Shown: positions 1 to 12,000 of the stretch, one piece after another
Layout of the letters: every line of letters starts with the position of its first letter
Position numbering within the stretch: position 1 is the stretch's first letter
Source: Ylistrum balloti
Lineage: Eukaryota
Direction: 5' to 3'
DNA length: 64,000 nt
Assembly: GCF_031769215.1 (NCBI RefSeq)
Contig: NW_026782563.1
Coordinates: 310,001-374,000, forward strand
The notes under the pieces: model-generated
Databases searched by the model: none
Seen by the model: the letters and a program-made list of their open reading frames with translations, nothing else
What the model was told of the DNA's origin: nothing
Translations under genes and position numbers: made by a program

Positions 1-6
1 TTTTAC

Positions 7-3000
7 CTTTTATTTTTCTGTACCTCTTTCTTCAGAAAGCTCTTCTCTAATGCCGAGAACGATAACCTGCCACGTAAAATATAAACAAATATAGTTGTAT
101 CTGGAGTACCTGGGTAAAATAGATGTTGTACTGGTGTAAGAGTCCAATACATTCAGGTGTTAATGCAATGTGTAAATGCACTAGATCATATATATCTAGG
201 GTTAGGTTATACTATGATCAGATTAAAAGGACATTGATCATACCCATACAAGGACTGTATTATAGCAAATTAAGGCAACCCACGAGATATCACATGCTGC
301 AAAAACAAACCTCCAGGACAGATCACATATTCAAACATTCACAGAGAAATCAACTGGGTCGTGACACATTTGACCCTACATTTGAATTTTAGAAACTGTC
401 AGCTTCACTTTCTAGACTTTGTGTGACACTTACGTTATCAACAATCAGTTTAATGTAGTATTTGTATAACAAAAAACTGGCAAAATGAAATCTATTTTTA
501 TCTAGATCAAGATTTTTTTTTAACAAACCGTAAACAACAAAATATAGATTTAGTCCAGGGCCGTTTACATTTCTGTTTGACCCAGCTTGTTTGTATTTGA
601 AATAAGGGAAGACCTACTGGTTTTTTTCTTTCTTTCTAACGAACTTCGATTAAGCCTTTTGAGGCCTGTATTATGTCCAGATGCCTGAAATGCTACATTT
701 TAAGTAAGGATGATCTGATTTTTGCTGCATTAAAGAACAGACCCTAGGTAAATGTGAAAACAAAACACTATAATTTACTCACTTTTTACGTGTTTTGAAG
801 CTTGGAATTGGCCCTGTTGAATCCAGACTTGGTTCATTAGTCTTGGTTAGAGAGCCCGTCACATTTCCCCCTATGTTAATAGTACTACTGACATAACTCT
901 TTGTTGACTTTTCTGTTAAAGCTGTGACTTCAGATGTTTTGCTCATGACTGTGGTTGTCTCTGTCAACTTTTCAGTGATAGCAGTAACTGTTGTTAGTTT
1001 GTCAGAAACAGGTATGTCTTTGGATATTATATCTGCAACAGCAGGCTTTTCTATCTGTTCTGACAGCATTGTATTATTCCTGGATTTTTCTGTACTTTTT
1101 GTTTTAAACTGAATTTCTTCATCAGAAGACATTTCCTGGTTTTCCAGACTATCATTGCTTGGACCTTTGACCTCCTGGTCAAATAATGTTTGACTGTCTG
1201 GTCTACACAAGGATTCTGTGTTGACACAGCTATCAAGCATCTTGTTTGTAGGTGTGTCGCCTTCTCCATCAGAAGACTCTGTGAAAGAAAATAAAATCAA
1301 ATTAAATCCAATCATAACCTAAATACTATAAGACAGGTACATGTCTGAAACTAACTTACCGAATATCATAAGTTTTCAGAATTTCAGCATTAAGTACGAG
1401 TGAAATTTTAATTGCTTTATACTTGACAAGAAATTCCTGCAATGACATACCAATTGAAATATTACGGTATTCAAATTTAGAAGACTAGAAAAACGTTCTG
1501 AGTGGACATCTACATATTCACATGAAAACACATGTGAAACTTCCTCAGCATCTTACAGCAGGTTTTGAGAAAAATAAAACCAACAAAAAAATGCTGAACT
1601 AAATGGCAGAGACAAAACAATGCAACAAAAGTTATTAGTCCTGTAATAACAATTTATCAAAAATGATTATCGTCAAAACCATCACAAATACTTTCAAAGA
1701 ATTAACAGCCTCACTGTTATTTTACATATTTCAGTTGATAAAAAACTGATACTGAGATCCACTACACTGTCATTCAAAAGAAAATCTCCATACAAAAGAG
1801 TTTCACATTTCATGTAAAAAAGCAGTTTTACAAACTCATTCAATTTGAAATCTTTTCCTTATTTCATTGAATGGAAGAGATTTACAGCTTTCCTTACCAC
1901 AGGTAGGTGTAGCTAGACTGGCAGCTGAAGGAGTGCTGTTTGTCTTGTAAATGGATTCACTACTGCAATGAATCAATTAACTAATAAATCTATTGCTGAA
2001 GATAAGACAGATTTCTGGAATCGATTCACAGAGGAAAACTGATATTGTCATCATCATCAACCACAAAATTTATAAAAGCAGGCAGGCATTGCTGTATGAC
2101 TATATGGATGGTTTCATACTTGTGCTAGTACTAAACCGATATCTGACCCAACAAAAATGTTTTCATATTAAAAGACAAAAAATTCAATTAATCAAGAACC
2201 GAAAAACGGTTTACATGTGCACAAAAATTATAAACTGTGATACTCAATCGCTTAAGAATATTAAAAATAAACATGTTTAAGAATATCAACTTCATTAAGT
2301 CTTTATATTGAATTTGCCAAACTACAATTAGGTTTTATAATGCATTACTTGGATGAAGAAGATGGAAAATAAGTTTTACCTGTTGTAAGAGACTTGATCA
2401 TCTGACACAGTTGAAGGTATCTACAAAGATAATATGTAGGAAAATGAGACTAATACTGTTATATGCTGTCAGATATATTTGTACATGACAAATAAAACTG
2501 TGCACAAGACAGTAAAAAACATCCGTGAAAGGGAAAAAATCACAATATCAATTAGGGCTGTAACGAGTACCCGGGTCACGCTGTTTCAATCCTGACCCAG
2601 GCTGGAAAATGTGTGCCTGGTTACCCAAGTTAGTATTACATAGTACCATGGTAAAGTTCAATATAAAATGCTTTCAAGTACCTCTGTACTCTTGTAGGCT
2701 GTCTGTTGATACGAAACAATGTTTAATATGCATGTAAACATATATTTCTACTGTATGAATTGCTACATTATTGCAATGTAAGTTGACACTTCCTTCAGGC
2801 CGAGAAATGCACAACAGACTTGACCTGACACTCGGAATTCCTTGGTCATGTGCACAAACTAACCATCGTCAGTTTAACAATAAGGCTTCCCTGATCGAAG
2901 TGTATGATAATTGTAACTCTACAAAGTCTGAAAACACATTGTAGTAGTCATTTTCTTGATATAGTCGATAATATCCGGACTACCATGTTAAGTCTAAATC

Positions 3001-6000
3001 ATGTTAGTTAGCCAAAAATACTTGAAAAATCAGCGTTTATCACTAGTGCCATACTTTCTTGAAGTTGTGGTGATCATGTTACGTAAAGGAGTAGATGCAT
3101 TAAGGGTCAATTTTGGCCCCAGCATAGATTTTCTTAATTTTTATATCATGCAAACATGGACATATGACTTTCTTGAAGTTGTGGTGATCATGATAAAAAA
3201 ACAAGATTTTCTTAATTTTTATATCATGCAAACATGGACATATGACATTGATAAAAAAACAAGACAATTCGTTGCCTAGCAACGGGCCTGGAAACCAACC
3301 TACTCTTTACCGTCTATTTGCACATTTTAGTGATATTTCACTGTTTTTTTTTTATTATTTGGTGAAAATATTTAATCAATTTTTACATATCAATGGTATG
3401 ATTTAAAAATCATATCATATTTGTGATCAACCATCATATATTACATGTTTAAGATTTCCTAGCAACACAATAGCAACCAAACTCTCTCCATAGCAACGGA
3501 TTGTAATAAATACAATAATGGACACAGAAAATTGATGATAATACTCAAGGGCTGTTTAGATTATGATACATCTTAAAAATGTAAATATGATGATACAATA
3601 GAGCATATAGGTGGTATTCCACAGTAACCATGTCTTACCATAGCAACTAAATCTTTCACCATAGCAACGGTACATGCAATAATCAGTACATCAATTTGTC
3701 AATACTTCCGTACACGGTTATCTTTATATTCTTGGTTAATTTGAAAAGGATATGAAATCAAACATGTTACAGTTAATGATTCTTACAAAAGTTAAAAGTT
3801 ATTTCAAATAAACATTATGCACTAACAAAATACATTGTCATTCGAGATTAAAGCCAATTCCTCAGTCGATCAAGTGACCATCGTGCATTTGTATTTACAT
3901 TTTTGGAGATTCCGAAATTTATATGTAATTTACATGGCTACATCGGTAAAGCTGTGCTGTTTTATTCCTCCGTGTTACCTTCATCATCACTCTCATCAAT
4001 ACTGATTGGGTCTGGTGTATAACTGGCATCTTGTAAATATTGTGTCCAGTCCTTACTAAAGTCAAAGGACTTGTCTAAATGACGTGCAAATCCCATATAC
4101 CATAAGATGGATGCAACATGGGAGCAAGTCCCAACCACCCTCGCCCCAGCACGGCATGTACAGTACCATCCTTGCACATTACAATCATCAAATGATACCC
4201 ACAATTGGTAAAGTTTTGAGGAAAAATGTCGGCTCTGTATCTTGGCATTGATCAGATTAGCATCTACTTTACAGATAGATACTTCATATCCTCCCGTTTC
4301 GCTCATATGTTCCTGTGTGTAGGACCGTGCCAGTTTGAGCTGATACACTCCCAGTGTCAAATTCCGCAGGTCTTCTTCTGTCAGAACAGGAAATATGATA
4401 TCAGTTGTGGTCTCCATCTTCTGCCACTTACTAGGTCGATTGAAAAGGCCTTCTCGTTCAATTCTCTCCCAAAGAGAATTCTGCTTCCGTGACAAATGCA
4501 ACATTTTCGATCCTAGCAGTTGATCTTGCTCTGCATCCCCCGTGCTTATTGGTGTACCGAACTTGTTGAAGATTGCACACACAATCCTGACAATATCGCC
4601 TATGTATGGAATCTGTGAGTTTGGCAACACACGATCCAAATATTTCCAGGTTTTTAACCGTCCATTCACAGCCTCAACGACCCATCTGAAAAATAGTAAA
4701 TAGATGCATTTTGAATGTGAATAAATGCAGTATTCAAATGCATATGATGGTAACTATATCAAATAAATTTTGTTTTCAATTTCGACATCTTCTAAATGGA
4801 CAGGTTTATGCAGTTCAACTTATAAAATCGAAAGTATCTAATTCTCACTGGGAATTACCTTTAACCATTTTAATGATATATTAATACAAATAAGTTATAA
4901 ATATGTTGTAAAAGCAATTGGTAAAGTTAGTAAAATGTTACTCAGAACAAAGAGAGACCTTACCTTATTTTAGTAACAAGCCTGGAAGCGTTGCTTTCTC
5001 CGGTAGTGTGCTGTTTCCTTTGCTTGGAAAAAGAAGGCATCTCTGTTTGTATTCCTAGCTGTTGTAGGAGGTCCATGGAATCTCTAAAGCCTCTGTCAAC
5101 CACAAACACATCATTTTCCTGAATCCACTCCTTGATTTCTTGAATGTTGGAATTTAAAATCTGATTCAGGATGCTGGCATCATTGTTTTTGGAATCGGCA
5201 AAATAGGGACCTAACACGGACACTATGTAACCTGTTGTGGTGACAAACATCATAGGTTTTACCAACGGCCGGTGCTTATGCATGCTGTAACTCCTCCTTT
5301 GGAACATAAATTGGCCACTCTTTTGTATATAAATGTAGGTGCCATCAATTACAAGAATGGCTGGTTCCATAAGTCCTCCAAACAATGTTTGGGCGAGTGG
5401 TCTTGTGTGTTTCAGTATAACATCTTGTCGACTAACATGCTGAAATCCCAAATTTGATGGAACAAAGTCTTTCGCTAGTGCAACTCTTGCCGATGTTACT
5501 GCACGTCGAATAGAATCTTTTCCAATGTTAAAAACTGTTGATAGGACTTTATTTGACATGCCACTTTTTAGTTTAGTAAGAAAGATGCCGACACAAGATT
5601 TAATGCTCCTATTCTTTGAAGATCGCACAGAACCAGCACAGTGAGTACACAAATCGTTAAAATGCTGTGTACATAGTCCAGTTAGTGTAATGAAATCTTC
5701 ATTCGAAAGGGCATGCGGTGAGTCAAAGTCAATGCGTTTGCTTTGCTGTGTATTTGCTACATCTCTAATCTTAGAAATCAATGCCACTATTTCAGTACGA
5801 TTAAGAGAAGATAGGTCACTTTTTATAGCAATGTTTTCACAAGCATCATTTTGCAATAGACCATCCTCGATATGATGACTACAACATCTTGCTCCGAACG
5901 GAACTAAAACCCCTTTTCGCAGGAAGAGGTCGTATTTCGCGTCACGAGATATTACCACCAGTTTCTTTGGGTAAGTATTGCATACAAAACATTTTTTGTG

Positions 6001-9000
6001 GCTACTTCCAGTGGATGGGATTGAAAGTGTAATATTCCGCGGCGATGAAAGGATGTTCTTTGTTGATTTATTACAAGGGGCTTCAACTGAAGAGTGGTGT
6101 TGAGCGATGTGTGTACGACGCTGTAGTATTGAGCGATGACATGACATACGACACTTTCCACAAATGACATCTTCTTCTTTTGTTTGTATCATATATGTTT
6201 TCAACAAATATTTTCTTAGTGAAGAGTTTTCCTTGCCTTTAGTGAAGCGCCTGTCCCCAGGTTTTGTTCTCTTAGAACAAACAACACACCGAAATTCTCC
6301 CTTTCCAGGCATCCTAAACAAATAGATACTAACTATATTAAAATATGTCCCAAACATCAGAAACTAAAGGGCGTCTGGGCATTTACTTATTGTATGTTGA
6401 ATAAATATGAAACATTGTATCCATCACTTGTTGTTTATACAGTGTATCATGCAATACTGATCTTCATAATGTTATTACAATGATTTATCAAACATGTAAA
6501 TTGATGTGTTAACAGGGACCCGAGTCAGATATGAGCATTGCTTTGACTGGGTGTTAAATATTTGTATTACTTTACTAGAAGTCAATAATTGCTTTATTAT
6601 ACAGTATATACTGTATGAAATAATAAAATAATAGCTATTTTAGAAGCTGGTAGCTGGACTCATATGAAGTAATCGAAAATGTTTATCATTGTTCTTCATA
6701 AATAGCCAACAAGGAAAGACTGGACAAACAATTGGTGGGAGACAGACAGTGACAATTACATTAAACACATGTATAATAGAAAAAAACCTGTTTTTATTAC
6801 AATACATATATCAGTCACCTTTTTAAAAATAAAATATTGTAGTAGAAACGGAAATAAACATGATAATGAGAGAATTCTCCTCCAAGTATTTCAGATTTCT
6901 GTTACTTAACAATTTGAAGCATAGAAATAAGATTAATTCAGGAACTTCCTAAAACACTTACATGTAACTTCAAGAATCTCCAGGCATTTTCTCGCTACTC
7001 TCTGTCTCCTATTACGTCACTAGTAAACCTTAAAGAATGAAAATAATGAAAATAAATAATCTATTAATTCTTAAGTTCGGTGAAAAATCTGATTTTTACA
7101 AAACTTTATTTTAAAGAGTAGCTAATGTATATTATGCCAGTGTCAATCTGTTTTAAAAAAATATATATCAAGCCAGTGTTTCGTATGTTTCCCGTAATTT
7201 GTTTTTGGTAACAGTACATGTAGCATTGATACTGGCTATACAGTATATCTGGAGCATATAATCACGTTTATATATACATGTAAGCATGTACATGTATATA
7301 CTTCATTTAGTTATTCAGGGATGTGCCATTATAACAAGAGTTCTCCCGAAATATACAAGCCAATAAACTAACTGCAGCCAAAAATGAAGCTAGGTCAAAA
7401 ATATCAAATAGCCACAATATAATAATGTTCGATTCATTGTGCTGACGAAACTTACAAAGCAGAAGACTTACGTTTAATTTCTGAATCAAATGTATCCATA
7501 AAAATATTTGAATTCAGGTCCTCAGGATCGTTATGTTACTGGGATTCTTCAAAAGAAAATATGCATGGTAAGATTTTTCATCGTATTAATTTTATAATAG
7601 CATAAATGAGAGAAATTATACCTTAGCCCATAAGATTAACACTTTAGTTTCTGCACGTATATGCTGATTATTTGATGCTAGCAAAAGTAAGTCCGACGCA
7701 AAACATATATATAGAAAAAAAACTACCCCTGGTCGATAACAATTCAGCAAAATGACGCGATGTAAGAGTTACAATATCTCCAAAAGAAATATTTGTAACA
7801 CCAAGACTATCGATGCAAATATAATTGTTTGTATTAGAATGCAAGGATATTTATATGGAAAAATACATGTAGCAACATGATATAACGTCCTGAAAATATT
7901 CTAATATTTATAATTATTAATTCTATCAGTACATTATTGATGAATATAACTAATAAAATCGAGAATAATTGAGGTGAAAGTTATAGAAAAAAAATAAGAA
8001 TAAAGAATAATATGTTGTGTGCCCGCGATTTGAACTCGCCCCGGCAAAACTACACCTTCAGAGCATCGCACCTTCACCATTACACTACAGCGGCTGATTA
8101 CGTCACAGAGATGATTTTGTTAGTAATATAAATCAAAACCAACACACTTCGGATGTACACTGATTTTATTATGGGTGTGTGAATTGACACTTTAGTTTAT
8201 ATCTCGTATATAGGAACACTTTCTCATTTTTATATGTTAGTGTATGTTTTGAAAACAACACTGTAGCAAATACAGTTTTGCCATTATGTTTTTTCTGACG
8301 ATAAATCCCTGCATTTTGTTTGGTTGCAAAATTCTATTTTTAGACGCAGACTCAGACAACGTTATTATGGAAAATACCGTTTACTAACAAAAAAAGAAAA
8401 GGTTTTATTTTATTTTTTATACTTGTTATTGTATTTTTACTTACTGCATACTTATCAAAACACTAGGAATATCTACAATGACTATTTTTTCGAAGTCAGA
8501 TCTGACGTCTGCTCATATGCACAAACGTAAACAAATCACGACAATGTCGCGAATACACAACATGGATATCTTCTACATAATATTGTTACATACCTGTTAA
8601 AGAAGTAGACAACTTCTACAAGATGTGCAGATGTGTTGACAGCTCTTCTACGTATACATACTTCAAATGTAGGCTGAAACTTGCAAGATCTTCTATGCGA
8701 GTTTAGACTAACGTACAATGTAGCGCATGAGACTCGGGCCTAGGAGATTGCAAAATCTAGGAGTTGTTACCATGGATATTTTTGTCATTTTTCAAAATAC
8801 ATTTTTTTTCATTATTATTATCTAATTTTATTAACAAACATAAGTCAAGTCATTTTTCATGTTTTTGTCTTTTATTTCAGCATCCATTTACTTCCGCAAT
8901 CTTGTAGTCGGTCTCGACGCTAACGTTACGCTGGGCAACGTCAAAATCTCACCAAAATCGTGAAATGTGGTTACAAATTCAGAAGATATTTGTTATTTTA

Positions 9001-12000
9001 AATACCTCCCCAGGCATGTACCAAAAAAATATTTGAGCATCGCAAACATAATGTGGAAATTGTTCTCAATGATAAATATAAAATTGGTACACCCTTGGGG
9101 AGGTAGTTAATTTTTCGTTCAAAGTCATAAAATATCGAAAAAAATCGTGACTTTTTGTAAACGTGACGTTTTCCCGCGAAATTTGTGACGTCATCACACG
9201 CGTTATGAACCTATCTTTATCTGCATTTCAACTGATAAGTTGTTAAATAACACAAATGGGTACATGATTAAAGAATTTTCTAACAATTAAAAAAAAGATT
9301 TTTTGAGGCCAATTTTGAGCCAAAGTGCATCTACTCCTTTGTGGGTAACTGGGTACAGGTCAGGTTTCAATGATCGAGTACACAGGGCAAACACTGTGTA
9401 CCTAAGACACCCTAATATCAATGGGATTATTTAAACTTAAACATCACTGCTTAAGAAAACCTTTTAATATATAAGATTTCCAAAAAGAATAATGATAAAA
9501 AGAAAGTCAATCAAAAGTACAAGGTTATCTTTTTTAAAATTAAACAATTCATTATTGTCTGAGTTGTGGTATAATGATGAAAAGACAGGTTAAAAACTTA
9601 TGTGTGATATTCAAATAATCCAAATTGCAAGATTTTGATTCTCAAACAGATTTAAGAAGAGGCAGCTTTACCTGTTTGATCATGTGATTTTTCTTCATTT
9701 TCTTTAAGTTTCCACTCACACTAAGACCCATTGCACATTACCATTTAGACTAACAAGTGATTTGTGGAACTTATTAAATAGTTCATACTACAAATTCAGA
9801 GAAAACTTACACAGCTATCAGGATGGGCTGAGTTCTCCATGGCAACATCAGTGCTATCTAATCCTACACTTATACGACTCTTAGACATAAACATACTCTC
9901 CGCATCTGAAAACAAAGAAAGACAAAATATTCCACAAACCTGACACCAACAGTCTGACATCAATAAATGATAACTGACAATTTTTTTTCTAAATAACTTG
10001 ATACCATTTGGTACATATATCCTACAAATGCAAAGATATCAGTTTTGTTTTCATTTCTACCTAATATCATTGTCTCTATATGTCGGTATGATAAACTTGG
10101 ATTCTTTTACACAAATTTAGTTACTGAAAGATAATTTCTGTAACCTGGAAATAATCAACCAGCTCTACCAACTGAGCCAAAGAATATAGCTCTAACAGCT
10201 GAGTAACCAAGACTGTAATTAACACTATATAAAAGCCACACCAACCCCCTCCTTTTACATTGCGAATCTTCTTTCAAAAACTCTAATTGACCAATTATTC
10301 AGTTTCTTGATAAGAATACATAGATAACATAATTGTCTTTGTTGAATAATTCAATGATCATTTTGAATATGTGCTTTTTCAGTTCAAAATGAACTTAAAT
10401 TTAGTATACTTCAAACAAAAAAGCATATAATGAATTAGAAATTGTTATATGAATGTACTGGCTATATAATACTTGTGTTTTCTGTCTAAAGATACAAAAT
10501 ATGTTACATTCTAAACAATTGGTTTCTCTCTTTAATGGTATATCCAACACAAGATCTACAGTTTTATCTGTTATTATCTTTACTGAGGAAACTGTGAAAT
10601 TACTGCTACACAAATTACTACAAAATCTTAAAGAGAGTTCATGTATTATTCTTAACATTTATACTTCAAACACAAAAAAAAAGGAGAGAGAAAAAAAAGA
10701 GATACTGACCTGAGGATTCTGAGAAGTAATCTTCAATGTTATCAAAGCCATGACTGTTTTTAGTGATCACCTTCCCTGCTAGAACATCCTTCCCTGTCCT
10801 CCTGTTGATAAGATAGCAATGTTAGTGCATGTACCAGGAAGTCTCATTAATATTCCAGGAACCACATAAGTATTTAATCTCTCTATCAAAGACTGTTATA
10901 TTTTTTGTTACACATGTAGGTAAAGCCAATAAGTCTGTATTGAAATTTTTATACAACTGTACATACCTTCCAATGTTTTTGTTCTTGAGCCATGCAAACA
11001 TATTGGAGGACTGACTTGATCCAAGTTGCTGAGTGAGAAAGAAATATGTGACATTTGTGCTTGATGAAAACTTTTTCATGAGAGGTCAGTCTTTGTCATC
11101 TTATTTCATTTTTTTGGACAGTTTTGGAAATTCTTAAAGTTATGGATGAGATATAGTGCATCAAGACATTAAAATACTTTTTAGAGAGTAGGATTTCCAT
11201 AGGTTCTACAAATGTTTGTATTAAAGCAAATGAATCAAAGGAAAGAAAGTAATTAAAACTGTGTTGACAAATTAGAGTAAATTATCAATGAAATGTATAC
11301 CTCTTCATAATCTTAATCATGTAAACTACTTTCAGCTACAAACAAATAAATTCAGGAAGTAAATGATTCTTTCCATAACTATATATTTAAGTCTGTGATC
11401 ATGTAAAAAAGTAAACATTCACTTTAATAGTTTTATATATCTGTATCCAGAAAAAAAAACTTTATACAATAAGGTATTTGATGTCAATGTGTATACATGC
11501 TTTAATACCTGGTATTACTGGGTAATATGCCTATCACTTTGGCAAGATTTTTCTTTTGTTTATTTTGTTTAACAAGGAGCTGGATTATAATAATATTGAT
11601 ATTTTGCTCTTATTGCTTGTCTTTATTCCTTATTTTACAACTGACCCCTGACTGGCTTGACTCAAACTTTGTACTCTGAGACTGAGCTTCATTTTCTGGA
11701 TCTTTGTTCTCATCGATAGACTTATACTTAAACTCCTTAGAACTTCTGGTCATCCGAGAATTATTAACTGTCAAATCTTGTGTGAAATCTGCATCTGCAA
11801 GATGAACAAACCTAATCTAAGCATTTCTATCTAATACAGTACATTATTATATCAATCATCAAATAGTCTGAAATTCTACATAAATATTCAGATGAAGAAA
11901 TACATCTTCAAGTAATTTTAAGTAGTAATGAGCCAATAGAAAATAATTGCAGTATTAAGTGTTGTTTAATTATTGAAATTGATCATCAGTTAAAATCAGA

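Larger units (their letters stand above)
3088..9337 (-). mobile_element. PHIS-superfamily (PIF/Harbinger-ISL2EU-Spy) DNA transposon, 6250 bp, possibly autonomous
   Basis: Perfect 12-bp TIR GGAGTAGATGCA (3088-3099) / TGCATCTACTCC (9326-9337), with an imperfect extension (gg.tcaa..ttggcc.c). Flanked by AAA (3085-3087) and TTT (9338-9340) with no TSD. Contains the transposase gene below. That ends and transposase belong to one element is inference. Confidence 0.7.
2553..9414. mobile_element. Non-autonomous hAT-type element (~0.6 kb of own sequence: 2553-3087 plus 9338-9414), split by a nested insertion
   Basis: Ends TAGGGCTGT... (2553) and ...ACACCCTA (9414) form degenerate TIRs. Perfect 8-bp TSD ATATCAAT at 2545-2552 and 9415-9422. 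TAGGG ends with an 8-bp TSD are typical of hAT. Confidence 0.8.

Noticed and set aside
3848-4863. TTAA-flanked imperfect inverted pair suggesting a Kolobok-like element
   Set aside because: Only an 8/10 match, and it would cut an intact spliced transposase gene in half. Likely coincidence.
8018-8095. Functional tRNA gene
   Set aside because: The T-stem and acceptor stem do not pair properly. It is kept only as a tRNA-derived remnant.
7030-9337. Second (Myb/SANT or YqaJ) gene of the PHIS element
   Set aside because: Only short, motif-less ORFs are present, and I could not build a spliceable model.
9673-9721. Candidate extra CENP-C exon (CEWKLKENEEKSHDQT)
   Set aside because: It ends in phase 1, which puts the 2380-2420 exon into a stop. 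The 9811>2420 join is already in frame.
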